Below, in pieces: positions 1-10,357 of a stretch of DNA of 64,000 bases. The DNA comes from an uncultured Planctomycetota bacterium. GTDB taxonomy: Bacteria > Planctomycetota > Planctomycetia > Gemmatales > Gemmataceae. The stretch's first letter is position 1; each line of letters opens with the position of its first letter. The position numbers and the translations under genes were made by a program. The notes under the pieces were generated by a model that was given only the letters and a program-made list of their open reading frames with translations, had not been told where the DNA came from and did not search any database. The stretch spans positions 192,001 through 256,000 of the forward strand of contig CAWKHF010000012.1 in the NCBI GenBank assembly GCA_963849325.1. The letters run 5' to 3'.

Positions 1-494
1 CCGCGGGCGAAGGCCAGTACGGCGCCGGCGATGACGCCGTGACGCGCCAGCGGCAGGCTCACCGTCAGGAAGGCGTCCAGCGGCCGCGCTCCGAGCGAAC
101 GAGCGGCCAGGGCGAAGCGCGGATCGACGCCCTGGAAGGCGACGCGCACGGCCCGCACCAGCAGCGGAAAGCCCATCACCGCGCCGGCCAACGCCGCCGC
201 CATCCACGTAAAGGCCACCTCGATGCCGAAGGCGTCGTGCAGCAACGCGCCCAGCCAACCGCGACGGCCCAGCAACAAGAGCAACAAATAGCCCGTGACG
301 ACCGGCGGCAGGACCAGCGGTAAATTCAACAGCGTTTCCAGCAGGGTCTTACCGAGGAAGCTGCGGCGAGCCAGCAGCCAGCCGAGGATCAGGCCGAATG
401 GCAGACTGCCCACGACGGCCACGGCCGACACACCGGCGCTGAAGGCGACCGCGTGCCAGTCCTCCGCCTCCAGACCCAGAAACGACGTGTCCAT
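1..494 (-). CDS. modB: Molybdate ABC transporter permease (runs off window edge)
   Basis: Manual translation from ATG at 494 gives MDTSFLGLEAEDW...LLNLPLVLPPVVTGYLLL...FPLLVRAVRVAFQGVDPRFALAARSLGA, which has the ModB LPLVLPPVV motif and EAA-like loop. Lies directly downstream of modA. Confidence 0.9.
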   Translation of the reverse strand, partial: MDTSFLGLEAEDWHAVAFSAGVSAVAVVGSLPFGLILGWLLARRSFLGKTLLETLLNLPLVLPPVVTGYLLLLLLGRRGWLGALLHDAFGIEVAFTWMAAALAGAVMGFPLLVRAVRVAFQGVDPRFALAARSLGARPLDAFLTVSLPLARHGVIAGAVLAFAR

Positions 495-500
495 GAGGTG

Positions 501-1275
501 TCACCGAGGGTCCGACACCCCGCGCTCGTCTGGAGGGAGGACGCGGAACCCCGCCTGGCGGAAGTGTGCGCCGGCCGACTCACCGCCCAGGAAGTCATAG
601 AAGGCGCGGGCCGACGGCGAAGAATCCACGCGGCGGACGAGCATGAGCGGATAGCGGATCGGCGTGTGCAGTTTCTCCGGCACTTCCAGGGCCACGCGCG
701 ACCTTGTCGCTCGCCGCCGCGTCGGTGGCGTAGACCAACCCCGCCTCCGCCTCGCCGCGCACCACCAGGGTCAGCGTCGCCCGCACGTCGCCGGCCTCGC
801 GGACTCGCTGCTGGACCTGCTCCCAGATCCCCGCGTTTTTCAGGGCTTCACGAGCGTATCGCCCCGCCGGCACCGGATCGAGGGCCAACGCCAGATGCTT
901 CACCTTGTCGTCGGCCAGGTCGGCCAGGTTGCGGAGGGGAAGCGGTTGGTCGGCCGGCGTCACGACTACGAGGCGGTTGGCCAGCAGGTCGCGGCGCTCA
1001 AGGACCACACCCTTGTCGGCGAGATAATCCGCCCAGTGTTCGTCCGCGGAGAGGAACAGGTCGGCGCCGGCGCCCTGCTCGATTTGCCGAGCCAGCGTCG
1101 AGGAAGCGCTGAAACTGGATGTCACGTGCGTACCCGTCTGCGCCTCGAAGTCGCGACCAATCGCCTGTATGGTTTCCTGCGTGCTGGCGGCGGCGAAGAC
1201 GATGACCTGCGGTTTCGACGCGCCGCAGCCGGCGAGGTTGGGCAGCAGGCAGAAGGCGAGCAAAAAGCGCTTCAT
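501..1275 (-). CDS. modA: Molybdate ABC transporter substrate-binding lipoprotein (frameshift near 705)
   Basis: Lipobox LAGC, VFAAAS, ASSTLARQIEQGAGADLFLSA, VPAGRYA, AGLVYATDA. The C-terminus HTPIRYP is in ORF 501..695. Confidence 0.9.
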
Positions 1276-1407
1276 GCGGCTTGATCTATGAAGGCCGCGA
1301 ACGTCGGTCAAGCGGCAGCGGACTAGATGCAATCGGACGGAATCGCTACTCTGGTTCGGGCCGCCGGCGACCTGGTGCCGGATGGCGAACGAATTGGAGG
1401 GTCGCAG

Positions 1408-2094
1408 ATGGAAACGCTTCGCTCCGGAGCGCCGGCGCAGGCCGGCGCTCGGCCAGCCTTGTACTACGAGCAAGTGCGTCCCGAGGTGGCGGCGCTGGTG
1501 CCGCCGGAGTGCCGCCGCGTCCTCGAAGTTGGCTGCGGCGCCGGCGAGTTGGGTCGCCTGTTACGGACGCGCGGCTATCACGTCACCGGGATCGAGCTGG
1601 TGCCGGAGATGGCCGAGCGAGCGCGGCGCGGACTCGATCGCGTCGAGACGGCGGACGTCGAGAGCGACGGCTTTCCGTTTCCGCCGGCGTCGTTCGACGC
1701 CATCGTCTTCGCCGACGTGCTGGAACACCTGGTCGATCCGTGGCGCGTGCTGCGCGAGGCGGCGGACGTGTTGGCCGACGGCGGCGTGGTCGTGGCCAGC
1801 ATCCCTAACGTGCAAAACCTCGACGTGCTGCGCCGCCTGCTGCGCGGCCGCTGGGACTACCGGGAGCGCGGCATCCTTGATCGCGGCCATCTACGCTTCT
1901 TTACGCTGCACACCATCCGCGATTTGTTCACTCAGGCGGGGCTGACGCTGGAACACGTCGGCCATCGCTACCGCCGAAATTGGTGGCGCGAGATGCTCTG
2001 CCTGCTCACGGTAGGACGAGCGCGAGCGTTCTGGACGCGGCAATATCTGGTCGTCGGCCGCAAGCGCGCTCCGCTTTCTGAGCCGCGACCGTAA
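1408..2094 (+). CDS. Class I SAM-dependent methyltransferase
   Basis: VLEVGCGAG motif I, FDAIVFADVLEHLVDP, HLRFFT. The start could also be 1327. Confidence 0.85.
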   Translation: METLRSGAPAQAGARPALYYEQVRPEVAALVPPECRRVLEVGCGAGELGRLLRTRGYHVTGIELVPEMAERARRGLDRVETADVESDGFPFPPASFDAIVFADVLEHLVDPWRVLREAADVLADGGVVVASIPNVQNLDVLRRLLRGRWDYRERGILDRGHLRFFTLHTIRDLFTQAGLTLEHVGHRYRRNWWREMLCLLTVGRARAFWTRQYLVVGRKRAPLSEPRP

Positions 2095-2133
2095 GGGAGC
2101 GGGGATTCTCCCGCTCCCTTACGGTCGCGGCTC
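2080..2133. repeat. REP-like palindrome family B (GAGCCGCGACCGTAAGGGAGCGG...)
   Basis: Inverted repeat between convergent genes, with a near-identical copy at 7631-7682. Confidence 0.85.
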
Positions 2134-3753
2134 GGTTGGTTCCGCGTCTTCCGGCGCGAAACCGGGACGATGGCGGTTCGCATAGTACGCCACCAGGGCC
2201 AGAGCGTAGGCGGCGATGGTCAGGGCGTTGAGGAGCAGGATCATCGTAACCTGGGCTAGCGTCATGGAGAGATCCTGGAGGTTCACCAAGCCGCCCGTAT
2301 CCAAGATTTGCGATATGACGGCCAGCGTGTAGAGCGGAAAAAGCCAAGGCACGAGTACCCCGGCCCAGAGCACGCGGTGGTTGCGAGCCGGGACATGCCA
2401 GGAAATCCACAGCATGGCGCAACCGGCGGTGATGCCGCTGCAGAGGAATTCCAGTGCGGGGAGCCATCGCTCCACGGAGAAGATGCCAGCCAGGGCAAAG
2501 AGGGTCCCGATCGAGCTACCGAGTGTCGTTATGAATCCGTTGAGGTATCCCATGACCGCCGCATCGCGGAGCCGTTCGGCCGCGCGACACCAACGTCCCA
2601 TTCGCGCCGGCAGTCCCGGACGTCGGCCGTGGATCGGCTCACCGCGGCCGAAGCGGAGCAGGTCTTCCGCCAACGCGCCGGCCGTGGCGTAACGCTGGCG
2701 CGGCTCCTTTTGCAAGCACTTCAAACAGATCGTCTCCAGATCGGGCGGCACCTCGGGCCGCCAGCGGCGCGGCGGGGCGGGTTCCCAGGAACGCACACGC
2801 TCCAGGGTCAGCAGCAAAGACGGACCCTGGCACGGCAGCCGCCGGGTCAGCAGCTCGTACAGGATGACTCCTAGGGCGTACACGTCGGTCGGCGGACCGA
2901 CCGCGTGTACCCAGCCCTCGGCCTGCTCGGGCGCCATGTACAGCGGCGTGCCCAGGATCACGCCGCTGGTGGTTAGCTCATCTTCCGCTTCCAGCAACTT
3001 GGCCAGTCCAAAATCGGTCAACCGGGGGAGGAACGGCAGCTCGTCCGCAGCGAGCGGGGTTGCGTTAGCGCCCCGAGGCCGCGGCTCCAGCAGGATGTTG
3101 CTCGGCTTGAGATCGCGGTGCAGGATGCCGTGCTCGTGAGCGTGCTGGACGGCGTCGGCCAAAACCGCCGTCAGCGCCGCCGCCTCCCGCGGCGTCAACG
3201 GCCCCCGCTGTCGTCCCAGCCAGACGGCCAGGTTCTCTCCCGGACAATAGGCCGACACCATGTAGCAAACCGGGCCGACCTCGCCGGCCTCGTGGATCGG
3301 CACGATGTTCGGGTGGTCCAGGCGAGCGGCGGCGCGGGCCTCGCGCAGGAAGCGCGCCCGCAGGTCAGGGTTGCCCAGGGCGTCCGGGCGCGGCAGCTTG
3401 AGGGCGATCGGACGCTGCAAGTGCGGATCTTCGGCCAAAAAGACGACGCCGAAGCCGCCGCGGCCCAGCTCGCGCTGAATGAAGAAGCGGCCGAAGCGGG
3501 CTGGCAAAGGGGCCATCCCCGGCGAAGGGTCCACGTCCACGGTCGAGGGCAACTCCGCCGGCGCGTCGGCGGGCGGATCCTGGAGGCGGAGAAGCCGCAT
3601 ACACGTCCGCAGACGCTGCCGCTGCTTGTCGTGCGGCCCCGTAACGGCGTCGTCCGCCGTCGATTCATCGCCGTCCCGCGATAGGTCCTCATCACACTGG
3701 ACCATCCAGGCGATCAGATCGTCTTCCAGCTCATCGGCATCATGGGGATTCAT
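2119..3753 (-). CDS. Hanks-type Ser/Thr protein kinase with C-terminal multi-TM region
   Basis: [46 protein letters not shown], then about four hydrophobic segments. Confidence 0.92.
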   Translation of the reverse strand: MNPHDADELEDDLIAWMVQCDEDLSRDGDESTADDAVTGPHDKQRQRLRTCMRLLRLQDPPADAPAELPSTVDVDPSPGMAPLPARFGRFFIQRELGRGGFGVVFLAEDPHLQRPIALKLPRPDALGNPDLRARFLREARAAARLDHPNIVPIHEAGEVGPVCYMVSAYCPGENLAVWLGRQRGPLTPREAAALTAVLADAVQHAHEHGILHRDLKPSNILLEPRPRGANATPLAADELPFLPRLTDFGLAKLLEAEDELTTSGVILGTPLYMAPEQAEGWVHAVGPPTDVYALGVILYELLTRRLPCQGPSLLLTLERVRSWEPAPPRRWRPEVPPDLETICLKCLQKEPRQRYATAGALAEDLLRFGRGEPIHGRRPGLPARMGRWCRAAERLRDAAVMGYLNGFITTLGSSIGTLFALAGIFSVERWLPALEFLCSGITAGCAMLWISWHVPARNHRVLWAGVLVPWLFPLYTLAVISQILDTGGLVNLQDLSMTLAQVTMILLLNALTIAAYALALVAYYANRHRPGFAPEDAEPTEPRP

Positions 3754-4368
3754 GAGGCGGCACCAGTATCTTTTGCAGACTGCTCACCGCCCGCGCCACA
3801 GCTTGCGGACGGACTCGGACGAGCAGTTCAACGTCGCGCCGATCTGGGCGAACGTCTGTTTCTCCTGGTAGCGCAGATGGAGGACGCGCCGATAGTGCTC
3901 CGGCAGACGCGACAGGGCCGCCTCCAACGCCGCCGTTTCCTCGTGGGCAATCGCCCGGGCGCTGGGGCTGGGCGTGTCGCCGGCTACTTCCGGGAGCCGT
4001 CCCGCTTCGTTTTCGCCGCCGGCCAGTGGCCGCTCGCGGTCCAGCGCCCGCTTCTCGGCGCCGCGGTAACGCCGCGCCGCGTTGGCCACGTTGTGAAACA
4101 GGATTTGGCACAGCCAGGCCAGCCATTCCTCCGTCCGCTCGCTCCGAAAGCCCGCGAAGTCACGCTGCGCTTCCAGGAACGTCTCCTGCACCAGGTCCGA
4201 GGCGCTGATTTTCCGTCGCAGCTCCGCATCCAGTTTGCGGTCGGCCGCCAGCAGCAAGTAGTCGCGGCACTCCATCAGGGCGCGGCCCAGGGCGTCGGGC
4301 GATCCCGCGCGGGCCTCCGTCAGCAGCCGCGCGAATTCCGTCTCTTCAAGGAAATGGGGCGCGGACAT
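3740..4368 (-). CDS. ECF sigma-70 factor, kinase-associated planctomycete type (frameshift near 3795)
   Basis: SASDLVQETF (region 2) and LSRLPEHYRRVLHLRY...VRKLW (region 4). The continuation ARAVSSLQKIL is in the adjacent frame and overlaps the kinase start. Confidence 0.88.
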
Positions 4369-4596
4369 GGCTTTCCTCTCGTTGCGGGAGGTGAATTTTC
4401 CACCCACTGTAACAGTTCTTCGCGGCGGAGCAAGATTGCGCGTCCGCTTTTGCGGCCCACCGGGCTTAGGAGGGTGAAGACCTTATCCCTGTACGAGAGG
4501 ACCTTGACGCTCGCTCCGGCGTCCGCCGTGCGCGCTCCGCCGTAGCGAAGCTGCCCATCCCCCAGGTGGGTTCGTCCTTCACCAAAGGAGTCTCTC

Positions 4597-6112
4597 ATGA
4601 GCCTGGCACGTCTGTACAAGCGTATGTGGCAGCAGGTCAACGCAAAGGCGCAGCCTCGACGCGGCCCCCAGTCCCGGAGATCCTGCCCTCTGCAACTGGA
4701 GGAGTTGGAGTCGCGCCTCGTGCCGTCCAGCACCGAGGTCTTCACTCCGAGCGCGGCGGCCAGCGCGGCGCCTCAACCCACGTCGCACCCTGTACACACC
4801 ACGGTCTTCACGGTCACTTCCACCGGCGACGACCCCGGCACGCTGGCGCCGCCCACCACCACGTCCGGCCCCAACTTCACTCTGCGCGACGCCATCCTCG
4901 GAGCCAACGCGACCGGCGGCCCGGCTAAGATCGTGTTCGACCTTGGCACGGCGGGACCACAGAATATCGAGCTCCAGGCGGCGCTGCCTACCTTGGTGAA
5001 CGACAACACCACCATCGACGGGACCAGCGAACCGGGATGGTCTGGAGTTCCGCTCGTGCAGATAATCCCGAACTCGCAGTCCTCGGTGGGTCGGCGCGCC
5101 GGGATTGGTCATCAATGCGAACGGCTGCACCATCAAGGGATTGGAGATTGGGGTGGAGGGTGACAACTTCCTAGGCGACGGTGTTGACGTGTACGGCAAC
5201 GCAAACGTACTCTCCGATGATGAATTTGATTACAACGCTGGCTTCGGCATAGCCCTCAAGGCCGGAGCCTCCAACAACACCATTGGAGGGCAGACGGTTA
5301 TCGACTCTGGATACAACGACGTGATCTCTAACAATAGATTAGGTGGTGTCGAAATCACCGGGATTGGCACATCGGGAAACGTCATCCAGGGCACTCTTAT
5401 CGGACTAAATAGTGGCGATGGCGTGCAGATCGACCAGGGAGCGGCGAACAACGTCATCGGCGGCACGGCTCCGGGCGCGGGCAACGTGATCGCGTCCAAC
5501 TTCCAATCTAAGACGGCACCGACCACCAACATCGTGCCCCAGCAGGTGCCAGCGGGGCCGACCGGGGGTAGTTGGGGCGTCCAGTTGACGCCATCGGCCG
5601 GGGTCGGCAACACCATCGAAGGAAACTCCATCTACGGAAATAGCACCGGCGGCATCGACCTGGGCGGCCTGCCGGCGACCGGCAACCTCAACCCGCCCCT
5701 CTCTCCCGAACCCAACAACGCCCAGAACGCCCCTATCATCACCAGCGCGGCGTACAGCGCGAACGACAACACCACCACGATCGCCTTCACGCTCAGCAGC
5801 GCTCTCGGTGGCACGTACCGCATCGAGTTGTTCGGGGCCGACCCGACCTCGAAGGCCCCGCAAGGCGAAACCTTCCTTGGCTACGCGCCGGTGACGACCG
5901 ACTCGAAGGGCGAGGTCCATGGCACGTTCATCTTCCAGGGGGCTCTACCGCAATCCGAAACCTCCGTCACCGCGACCGCCACGGATAGCAAGGGCGATAC
6001 CTCGGAGTTTTCCGTCAGCAGGGGCGTGACCGTGATCTCTATTGTCCCTCTCCCTCCCACTTCCACTCCACATTCCTCCCCAGGAGGGGGCAATGGTCCG
6101 CATCATCCTTGA
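4597..6112 (+). CDS. Exported beta-helix repeat protein with planctomycete LExLExR N-terminal motif (frameshift near 5100)
   Basis: RBS AAAGGAG, LQLEELESRLVPS, TLRDAILGAN, repeated NNTIGG/GNVIQG/NNVIGGTAPGAGNVIA units and a C-terminal TATATD...TSEFS module. Confidence 0.8.
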
Positions 6113-6275
6113 GTAGTTCACCGTGGAGCGTGTGAGGAGGCCAGGAAGACATTCGTAAGGCGCACCGGTGCGCTCGAAGAACAAGTTCGCCAAATCGCCC
6201 CATTGTTTAACAGGTTGCGGCAGTGGGGATCGAAGTCAACCGGAGCAGCCTATTCCGAGAATCGGAGGTAGTCAG

Positions 6276-6546
6276 ATGGCCGTACAGGGTGGAGACAGCG
6301 GCTGCATCAGCGGACTCGTTGACGACAATGGCGCGGTCAGCTTCAACATCAACGTCAACGGGGATGCCTTCGGATCAACACACACCGGGACCATTACTTG
6401 TGATCGTCCGGTGCGCATCGTGTCGGAGCAGCACCTGGATGGTGGCGGTGATTACGCTGGCGCTGCGAACGGCAACATTTACACGTGGCGCACTCGAGTG
6501 CGCCAATTTCGCGGGGGTGCATTACAACATCCAGCTGGCGTACTGA
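6276..6546 (+). CDS. Small Gly/Asn-rich hypothetical protein (probable frameshift near 6488)
   Basis: GGAGG RBS upstream of ATG 6276. MAVQGGDSGCISG...GNIYTW would join ALECANFAGVHYNIQLAY in another frame, or read to 6605 without a shift. Confidence 0.4.
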
Positions 6547-6760
6547 CGGATAGTGGGGATCGTGATAGCGAAGACCCACACCGTTGCCGGTTCGCTCTTC
6601 GGTAACCGGATCGGTGGATCGAGCCGCGTCATCGCGGCTCGATCTCGTATTCCTCCCCAGCGCGGCCCTTTTTCACGCGCCAATATCTCGTCGTCGTCCG
6701 CAAGAACGCTCGCTAGAATGAACCGTGTGACGCATCACCGACGAGAAGGGGGTTCGTTTC

Positions 6761-7624
6761 ATGACATCTCGTTGTCACCACTTTGGCCTCGGTCTCGCTC
6801 TGCTGACGGCCGCGTTGGCCTGTTCACTTCTCCGCGCCGATGAACGGCTCAAGGACATCGCCTGCCGCTCCGTCCATCTCCGCTACCCCGCAGCCGAGGG
6901 TGTGGCGTTTTACAACGAGGTCGCGGTCGAGCGCTCTGCTCCCGGCACCTACTTCATGGTGTGCGGCTGGGACAAGGGCTATTTCGGCATGCAAGAGCTG
7001 GGCAACGGCAAGAAGCTGCTGCTCTTCTCCGTGTGGGACTCCGGTCAGAACGATCCCAAGGCCGTCGCCGAGGACAAGCACGTTCGGCTGCTGCACCGAG
7101 ATGCGAAGGTGCGCATTGGCCGCTTCGGCGGCGAGGGCACCGGCGGGCAGTCGTTCTTCGATTACGACTGGAAGGCCGGACAGACGTATCGTTTCCTGGT
7201 GACGGCCCGCATCAATGGCGAACGCACGGAGTACGCCGGCTGGTTCTATCTTCCCGAAGACAAGGCGTGGAAACATCTGGTGACGTTTTCCACCCTCACG
7301 GGCGGAAAACGGCTGCGCGGTTACTACTCGTTTATCGAGGACTTCAAGCGCGACCGCGCCTCGGCCACGAAGGTCCGCTCCGCTCACTTCGGCAACGGCT
7401 GGATCCAAAACAAGGACGGCGAATGGCAAGCGCTAACCAAGGCGCGCTTTACCGCCGATCGCAACCCCGTCGTGAACATCAACGCCGTCCTCGACGGCGA
7501 ACGATTTTCCCTGGCGACCGGCGACGACACAAGCAACAAGGATACGAAGCTGGGTGCGACGATGGAATTGCCGTCTCGATCCAAACGGATGCCGCCGGAA
7601 GGATTGCCGGCAGCCGATCGTTAG
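6761..7624 (+). CDS. Exported DUF3472/DUF5077-like protein
   Basis: Signal peptide, ACRSVHL, FYNE...GTYFMVCGW..GYFGMQE, LFSVWD, RFGGEGTGGQS, YSFIEDF. Confidence 0.75.
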   Translation: MTSRCHHFGLGLALLTAALACSLLRADERLKDIACRSVHLRYPAAEGVAFYNEVAVERSAPGTYFMVCGWDKGYFGMQELGNGKKLLLFSVWDSGQNDPKAVAEDKHVRLLHRDAKVRIGRFGGEGTGGQSFFDYDWKAGQTYRFLVTARINGERTEYAGWFYLPEDKAWKHLVTFSTLTGGKRLRGYYSFIEDFKRDRASATKVRSAHFGNGWIQNKDGEWQALTKARFTADRNPVVNINAVLDGERFSLATGDDTSNKDTKLGATMELPSRSKRMPPEGLPAADR

Positions 7625-7630
7625 AGGACC

Positions 7631-7682
7631 GAGCCGCGACCGTCAGGGAGCGGTTACTCCCGCTCCCTGACGGTCGCGGCTC
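7631..7682. repeat. REP-like palindrome family B
   Basis: GAGCCGCGACCGTCAGGGAGCGG...CCGCTCCCTGACGGTCGCGGCTC, again between convergent genes. Confidence 0.85.
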
Positions 7683-7696
7683 CGAAGGGCGGGAAG

Positions 7697-8122
7697 TCAT
7701 TTCGACTGGTTCAGGAAATCGAACACTTGCAGCTTCTCCATGTCGAAGTGTTCGCCATGCTTCTTGACGAACTCCAGGTGCATGGGGTATTCGAGGTACG
7801 CCTTGAGTCCGCGGGCATCCTCGACGAGCACGAGCAGGGCGAAATCGTACTTCATTTTGGGAACGTCCGGCGTGCCCTCCTTGGCCGGCCGGCCGGCGTG
7901 GACCGAGCGCACGGCGGGAATGTTGGCCAACAGGTTATGGCAATCGGCGATGGCCTTGGTGACCGCGTCCGTGGGCGCGTCCTTCTTCATGCGGAAGACG
8001 ACGACGTGGGCGAAGGGAGGATGGATCTTCTTGTCCGCCGCCTTCGGAAGCTGGGCCGGCGCCAGGCCCGCCACGATTCCGAACAGGGCCAGCGCGGCCC
8101 CCAACAGCAATGTCCGCGTCAT
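7697..8122 (-). CDS. Dabb-family (stress-responsive A/B barrel) exported protein
   Basis: Signal peptide, FAHVVVF, YDFALLV, YLEYPMHLEFV, VFDF. AGGAG RBS. Confidence 0.8.
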   Translation of the reverse strand: MTRTLLLGAALALFGIVAGLAPAQLPKAADKKIHPPFAHVVVFRMKKDAPTDAVTKAIADCHNLLANIPAVRSVHAGRPAKEGTPDVPKMKYDFALLVLVEDARGLKAYLEYPMHLEFVKKHGEHFDMEKLQVFDFLNQSK

Positions 8123-8239
8123 CCGTTGTCTCCTTCGTGAATGTTCCTCGTGACCTTCGAGAAAGGCTATCAAACGACGGCGCGGCGGGCAACGCGCCGC
8201 TGGCGGGACGGATTCAGCCGACGCTCGTACAATCGCGGT

Positions 8240-9259
8240 ATGCGCGGCAAACTGCGGCGAGCCTGGCCCGTCGTCAAGGCCATCCTGTGGCTTCTCATCC
8301 TGTTCCTGATCGGACGGCAGTTCGCCCGAGACCTGCGACGGCCCGAACTGTGGCAGCGTCCGCTGCATCCGGGCTGGCTCATCCTGTCGGGCCTGCTTTA
8401 TCTGCTGGGCATCGGTCTGTCCGCGCTGTACTGGGAGCGCTTGCTCGGCCATCTGGGGACGCGGCCGCCGCTGCGTGTGATGTTGCGGGCGTACTACCTC
8501 GGACACCTGGGCAAGTATCTACCGGGCAAGGCATGGGCGTTGTTTCTACGGTCGAGCCTGGTGCGCGGACACGGCGTCAGCCTCGGCCTGGCAACGCTCA
8601 CCTCGTTCTATGAGGTGCTGACGACGATGGCGGCGGGCGTGCTCGTGGCGACAGTGCTGTTCGCCGTGCTCGGCGCCGACGCCGGAGCCGGACTGAGTGC
8701 GGACACGCTGCGGCGACTGCTGACGCTGGGGCCGCCGGCCGAGGAAGGCTTGCAGCGCTCGGTCGTCGTGACGCTGTCGGCGCTGTTATTCCTGGCGTTG
8801 ATTGTGCCGCTGCAACCGGCGATCTTCAATCGGCTGGCGCATCGGATGTCGCTGCCGTTCCGCGAGCGCGACGCGGAGCAACTACCGCACATCCGTCTCG
8901 GCTACCTGGTGGAGGGACTGGCCTTCGCCGGCGTGGGCTGGCTGTTGTTGGGGGCGAGCGTCGCCGCCACGCTGCGCGGCATCGTTGGCGACGCCTGGCC
9001 GCTTTGGGACGTGCGGACGGCCCGGCTGCCGGCCGTCATGGGACTGGCTTACGTCATCGGCTTCGTCGTCCTCATCGCTCCGGGCGGACTGGGCGTGCGC
9101 GAGTTTCTGCTGACGTTGCTGCTGGCGCCGGAGTTGGTCGGTGTGGACGGATTGGGGGCGGAGCAGGCTCGCGGCACCGTCGTGCTGGCGGTCCTTGTCC
9201 TGCGTCTAGTGTGGACCGCGGCTGAGTTGGTTATGGCGGCCCTGGTTCGTCAGTTCTGA
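8240..9259 (+). CDS. Lysylphosphatidylglycerol-synthase TM domain / flippase-like membrane protein
   Basis: GHLGKYLPGKAW, APGGLGVRE, many TM segments. Confidence 0.8.
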   Translation: MRGKLRRAWPVVKAILWLLILFLIGRQFARDLRRPELWQRPLHPGWLILSGLLYLLGIGLSALYWERLLGHLGTRPPLRVMLRAYYLGHLGKYLPGKAWALFLRSSLVRGHGVSLGLATLTSFYEVLTTMAAGVLVATVLFAVLGADAGAGLSADTLRRLLTLGPPAEEGLQRSVVVTLSALLFLALIVPLQPAIFNRLAHRMSLPFRERDAEQLPHIRLGYLVEGLAFAGVGWLLLGASVAATLRGIVGDAWPLWDVRTARLPAVMGLAYVIGFVVLIAPGGLGVREFLLTLLLAPELVGVDGLGAEQARGTVVLAVLVLRLVWTAAELVMAALVRQF

Positions 9260-9336
9260 GTTCTGAGTTCTGAGTTCTGAGTGAAAGAAGGGAAGGATGT
9301 TTTTCACTCAGAACTCAGAACTCAGAACTCAGAACT
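9252..9336. repeat. Heptamer (AGTTCTG)x4 inverted-repeat hairpin
   Basis: Perfect 35-bp arms at 9252-9286 and 9302-9336. Confidence 0.95.
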
Positions 9337-9368
9337 ACTAATGGGGCCGGTATGTCAGGAGAACGGCC

Positions 9369-10357
9369 GTGATTTCGGTCGTCATTCCGGTCTTCAACGA
9401 ACGCGACAGCCTGCCGGCGCTGGCTGCGGAGATCGCCGCCGTGGCGAACGCGGCGCGGCTGGACCTGGAGATCCTCTTCGTGGACGACGGCAGCACGGAC
9501 GGTTCCTGGCAGGCGATCGCGGAGTTGGCGCGGCGCATTCGGAGATACACGGCATCCGCTTTCGCCGCAATTTCGGCAAGGCGGCGGCATTGTCGGCCGG
9601 CTTCCGCGCCGCACGCGGCGACATCATCCTGACGCTCGACGCCGACTTGCAGGACGACCCCGCCGAAATTCCGCGCTTCCTCGATAGGCTGGACGACATC
9701 AAGGCGAGCGGGGGGCTGACGACCTCCGCTCGCCTTGACGTCATCAGCGGTTGGAAGCGCGTGCGGCACGATCCCTGGCACAAGGTCTGGCCCAGTCGTG
9801 TCTTCAACTTCCTGGTCAGCTGGCTGACCGGCGTTCGCCTGCACGACCACAACTGCGGCATGAAGTGCTATCGTGCCGAAATCTTCCGCGAGGTGCGGCT
9901 GTATGGGGAACTGCACCGTTTCATCCCGGTGCTGGCGGCGGCGCGCGGCTACCGCGTCGGCGAGATCGAGGTCCAGCATCGGCCGCGCAAGTTCGGCCAT
10001 TCCAAGTATGGCGTGCGCCGCTTCGTCAAGGGCTTCCTCGATCTGCTCACGGTCAAGTTCCTCACCGGCTTCGGACAGCGGCCACAGCACCTGCTCGGTA
10101 GCCTCGGCCTGGTCAGCTTCCTGCTCGGCGGTCTCGTCCTGCTCTATCTCGGCGTCACCTGGATCATCCGCCTGTGGCAACCGGACGCCTACCCGCCGCT
10201 GCACGAACGGCCGCTGCTCATCTACGCCCTGGCCGCCCTGCTGCTTGGCGCCCAGATGATGTCCATTGGCTTCCTGGCCGAGCTGGTCACCGCCTACGTC
10301 GGCCGTGACGAGGACAGTTACAGCATCGCCGAAAAAACCCCTCCGCAAACTCCATGA
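9369..10357 (+). CDS. GT2 polyprenyl-phosphate glycosyltransferase (ArnC/DPM1-like, frameshift near 9540)
   Basis: [55 protein letters not shown] and two C-terminal TMs. Confidence 0.9.
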
